DNA from: an uncultured candidatus Porisulfidus sp.
GTDB taxonomy: Bacteria > Pseudomonadota > Gammaproteobacteria > Poriferisulfidales > Poriferisulfidaceae
Length of the DNA: 64,000 bases
Direction of reading: 5' to 3'
Assembly: GCA_965199755.1 (NCBI GenBank)
Contig: CBDASZ010000001.1
Span: 832,001 to 896,000 of the forward strand
Shown in pieces: positions 59,404 to 64,000 of the stretch (the stretch's first letter is position 1; each line of letters starts with the position of its first letter). The position numbers were made by a program, and so were the translations under genes. The notes below the pieces were generated by a model. The model did not search any database, was not told the origin of the DNA, and saw only the letters and a list, made by a program, of their open reading frames with translations.

Positions 59404-60324
59404 CTATGGACGCTCGTCCGTCTCCTCGGAGGCAGGCATCAGATCATGTCCGCTGACACCCAGTTTCAGCAATGAACTGCCAGCCACATAAATAGACGAA
59501 TACGTGCCTACTATCACGCCCACAATCAAAGCGATTGAAAAGGCGTGGATCACCTCCCCGCCAAAGAAGAACAGTGCGACCAGCACCAGCAGTGTGGTCA
59601 GCGAGGTCATTAAGGTCCGCGACAGCGTCTGGCTGATAGAAATGTTCAGCACTTCCTCGCTACTGTGACGTCGCAGCTGGCGGAAATTCTCCCGAATCCG
59701 GTCGAACACCACGATGGTGTCGTTCAGGGAATAACCGATCACCGCCAGGATCGCGGCCAATACGGTCAGGTCAAACTCAATTTGCATGATTGAGAAAAAC
59801 CCGATGGTCAGAATCACGTCATGCACCAGTGCAATGATGGCACCAAAAGAAAACCGGTACTCAAAACGCAACGCCACATAGATCAAAATCAGCACCAGCG
59901 CGTACAGCATGGCCAGCCCGCCATCGTCGCGCAACTCCTCACCCACCTGAGGCCCGACAAATTCCACGCGCCGCAGCTCCAGCGGCTGTTCTCCGCGTAG
60001 CGCGTCCAGCACCTCGTTGCTCAATTCACTGCGTGGGCGATCATCTGGCTTCAGACGTACCAGCACGTCTTGCGCGGCACCGAAATGCTGCACCATAGCC
60101 CGCTCAAATCCGTGCGCCTCCAGACGCGCCCGGATGGGTTCGAGTTCCACCGCTTCAGGATAACCAACCTCAATCAGAGTGCCCCCCTCAAAGTCCACGC
60201 CCAGATTCAGTCCCTGTATCGCCAGTGAACCGATAGAAGCAAGCAACAGCACACCTGACAGGAGCGCCGCCATGCGCGCCTTGCCCATGAAGTCAATCTG
60301 AATCTGGCGGGGGAGCAAGCGCAT
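59404..60324 (-). CDS. secF: Protein translocase subunit SecF
   Basis: LGVDFEGG, VGPQVG, IGYSLNDTIVVFDRIRE, GTYSSIY. Confidence 0.96.
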   Translation of the reverse strand: MRLLPRQIQIDFMGKARMAALLSGVLLLASIGSLAIQGLNLGVDFEGGTLIEVGYPEAVELEPIRARLEAHGFERAMVQHFGAAQDVLVRLKPDDRPRSELSNEVLDALRGEQPLELRRVEFVGPQVGEELRDDGGLAMLYALVLILIYVALRFEYRFSFGAIIALVHDVILTIGFFSIMQIEFDLTVLAAILAVIGYSLNDTIVVFDRIRENFRQLRRHSSEEVLNISISQTLSRTLMTSLTTLLVLVALFFFGGEVIHAFSIALIVGVIVGTYSSIYVAGSSLLKLGVSGHDLMPASEETDERP

Positions 60325-60327
60325 GGT

Positions 60328-62187
60328 TCAGACCTGCAACGCCGTCACGCGACGGCGGCCATAAATCAGATTCACCACCGCGCGCGTTCCCATCACCGCG
60401 GTGAACATGGAGGCCACAATGCCAATCGACAGCGTGACCGCAAATCCCTTTATCGGCCCGGTCCCAAACGCGAACAGCACAATGGCGGCAATCAGGGTGG
60501 TGATGTTGGCATCCGCGATGGTCGACAGCGCCTTGCTGTAACCGGCCTGAATACTGGCCTGAGGCGAATTGCCACTATCCATTTCCTCGCGAATGCGCTC
60601 GAAAATCAGGACATTCGCGTCCACCGCCATACCCACTGTCAGTACAATTCCGGCAATCCCCGGCAGCGTCAGCGTCGCGCCTGGGATCATCGACATGACC
60701 GCAACGATCAACACCAGGTTGACCATCAGCGCGACATTGGCAATCAGCCCGAACAGGCGATAGTAAATCATCATAAATACAATAACCAGCAAAAAACCGA
60801 TCATCACAGACAGCGCGCCAAGTTCGATGTTCTGCTGTCCCAGACTGGGCCCGACGGTGCGCTCCTCAACGATGTGCATCGGCGTCGCCAGCGAACCGGC
60901 CCGCAACAGCAGCGCCAGATTGCGGGATTCCCGCGTGGTGTCAAGGCCGGTGATCTGAAAGCGTTTCGACAACTGATCCTGAATGCGGGCTACATTGATG
61001 ACTTCGCGCGATTCCCGCATCACCGTTTTTGCCTCACCGTCCGTCACCACCGTATCACTGCGCTGCTCAATAAACACCACACCCATCAGACGCTTGATAT
61101 TTTCTCCAGTCACTTTGGCGAACTGCCGCGCGCCCTCACCGTCGAGCGTGATGTGCACCGCCGGCTGGCCGCGTTCATCAAAACCCGAAGACGCATCAAT
61201 GATGTGTTCGCCAGTAAGCATGACCTGTCGTTTCAGCAATACCGGCGTGTTGTCGCGCTCGTAGTACAACTCATCCGCAAGCGGCACTTCCCCGCTTTCC
61301 GCCGCCAGAAACGGATCAGCCTGTTCATCCACCAGTCGGAACTCCAGCGTCGCAGTCGCCCCCAGAATCTCTTTCGCGCGTGCGGTGTCCTGAACGCCGG
61401 GCAGTTGCACGGCGATGCGTGTGCGGCCCTGCTGCTGAATGACCGGTTCGGCCACTCCCAGTTCATTGACGCGCTTGCGCAAGGTGATCAGGTTCTGGCT
61501 GATGGCGTTGCGTCGAATCTCCGAGCGCGCTGCTGGTTTTAGTTTCATGCTCACAAACGGCGTGGCACCCCCGCTTGTAGCGAAATCAAAACTGTCGAAA
61601 TATTCCTCATCCAGCAGTTCTTCAATGCTCTCGGCCATTGCTGCTGTGCGTCCGTAAATACGCAACTCCTCACCCAACTCTTCTACCTTACGATAGCGAA
61701 TGCGCTCCTCGCGCAACAGCCGGCGAATATCCGAGGCGTGCCGCGTGTACGCTTTGCTGATGGAATCATCCAGATTAACTTCGAGCAGAAAATGCACCCC
61801 GCCGCGCAAATCCAGCCCCAGATTCATCGGGTGTGCGCCGAACGCAGTCAGCCACTCTGGTGTGGCCGGCGCCAGATGCAAGGCGACCGAATAGCGATCG
61901 GCCAAAGCCTCGCGCAAAATATCCGCACCGCGGATCTGATCTTCCGGGTTGGCAAAGCGAATCAGTAATGAGTCTTCCTGCAACTCCAGTTGCTGGTACG
62001 ACTGTTTTTTCAGCTCCAGAATTTGCTGAATTTGCTTTTGTTCTTTCTCACCCAACTCCAGACGGGTCGAGGAAATCTGTACGGACGGATCCGAAGGATA
62101 CAGATTGGGGAGCGCATACAGCACCGCGATTCCCAGCACACTGACAATCAGCAGGTTCTTCCACCACGGATAGTGATTCGCTTTCAT
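60328..62187 (-). CDS. secD: Protein translocase subunit SecD
   Basis: LGLDLRGG, RVNELGVAEP, VGPSLG, GMAVDANVLIFERIREE. Confidence 0.96.
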   Translation of the reverse strand: MKANHYPWWKNLLIVSVLGIAVLYALPNLYPSDPSVQISSTRLELGEKEQKQIQQILELKKQSYQQLELQEDSLLIRFANPEDQIRGADILREALADRYSVALHLAPATPEWLTAFGAHPMNLGLDLRGGVHFLLEVNLDDSISKAYTRHASDIRRLLREERIRYRKVEELGEELRIYGRTAAMAESIEELLDEEYFDSFDFATSGGATPFVSMKLKPAARSEIRRNAISQNLITLRKRVNELGVAEPVIQQQGRTRIAVQLPGVQDTARAKEILGATATLEFRLVDEQADPFLAAESGEVPLADELYYERDNTPVLLKRQVMLTGEHIIDASSGFDERGQPAVHITLDGEGARQFAKVTGENIKRLMGVVFIEQRSDTVVTDGEAKTVMRESREVINVARIQDQLSKRFQITGLDTTRESRNLALLLRAGSLATPMHIVEERTVGPSLGQQNIELGALSVMIGFLLVIVFMMIYYRLFGLIANVALMVNLVLIVAVMSMIPGATLTLPGIAGIVLTVGMAVDANVLIFERIREEMDSGNSPQASIQAGYSKALSTIADANITTLIAAIVLFAFGTGPIKGFAVTLSIGIVASMFTAVMGTRAVVNLIYGRRRVTALQV

Positions 62188-62224
62188 TTCTTACACTCGG
62201 CGGCTACTTGCGAGGCCCGCACAC

Positions 62225-62554
62225 CTAGTCACTCTTTGCAAGAGACCCTTTTGGCAAAATGTCACTGATCGCCGCTTTGCGAATGCGTATCTCCACGCCC
62301 TCCGCTATTGTCAGACGCACCGAACTCTCCCCCACGTGTGTCACCTTGCCCAGCATCCCGCCATTGGTGGCGATCTCATCGCCTTTCTCCAGCGAATTGA
62401 TCAGCGACTGGTGCTCCTTGGTTCTCTTGTTTTGCGGGCGAATAATCATGAAATACATGATCAGGAAGAAAATCCCGATCATAATGAACATGGATGTCCC
62501 GCTCATGGCCCCACCCGCAGCGTCTTGAGCCAGAGCGTCACTGATAAAAATCAC
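62225..62554 (-). CDS. yajC: Preprotein translocase subunit YajC
   Basis: YFMIIRPQNKR, LEKGDEIATNGG, ILPKGS. Confidence 0.93.
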   Translation of the reverse strand: MIFISDALAQDAAGGAMSGTSMFIMIGIFFLIMYFMIIRPQNKRTKEHQSLINSLEKGDEIATNGGMLGKVTHVGESSVRLTIAEGVEIRIRKAAISDILPKGSLAKSD

Positions 62555-62655
62555 AACTAGAAATTACGGGAAATCGGACGGGCGCATTATGCCATAGACG
62601 GCAATACGGCAGGTGCGCTAATATGCCTGCCGTGTCCTCAAAGCTCACTCGCACA

Positions 62656-64000
<1,345 letters not shown>

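Overview
A 64-kb chromosomal window from a gammaproteobacterium. Housekeeping proteins are fairly divergent and spacers compact; a host-associated or uncultured lineage is plausible but is only inference. The window appears to span the replication terminus: a dif-like XerC/D site lies at 14725-14752, with KOPS motifs, G/C strand bias and housekeeping-gene orientation switching around it. Core content: mnmA-nudJ, clpA, infA, fabD-fabG-(manC)-acpP-fabF-pabC-mltG-tmk-holB, L,D-transpeptidase/Lpp, dusA, yadGH-like ABC transporter, tRNA-Glu, gltX, zapE, mdh, msrPQ, moeB/mobAB, gltA, sdhCDAB-sdhE, tRNA-Ala, nrdR-ribD-ribE-ribBX-ribH-nusB-thiL-pgpA, glyA and tgt-yajC-secDF. Accessory highlights: (1) an integrase-less island upstream of dusA encoding a giant single-chain nuclease-helicase-methyltransferase split from its putative specificity domain by a G13 tract, preceded by a chain of tiny ORFs including a very acidic 54-aa protein; (2) a module of two paralogous MpaB/Lcp-like oxygenases, an MMPL/RND transporter and an Asp-nucleophile alpha/beta hydrolase; (3) an in-frame DUF1244-MoeB fusion among molybdenum-cofactor genes. 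No CRISPR array, rRNA, transposase or integrase was seen. All family calls are from motif recognition by eye, not from database searches.
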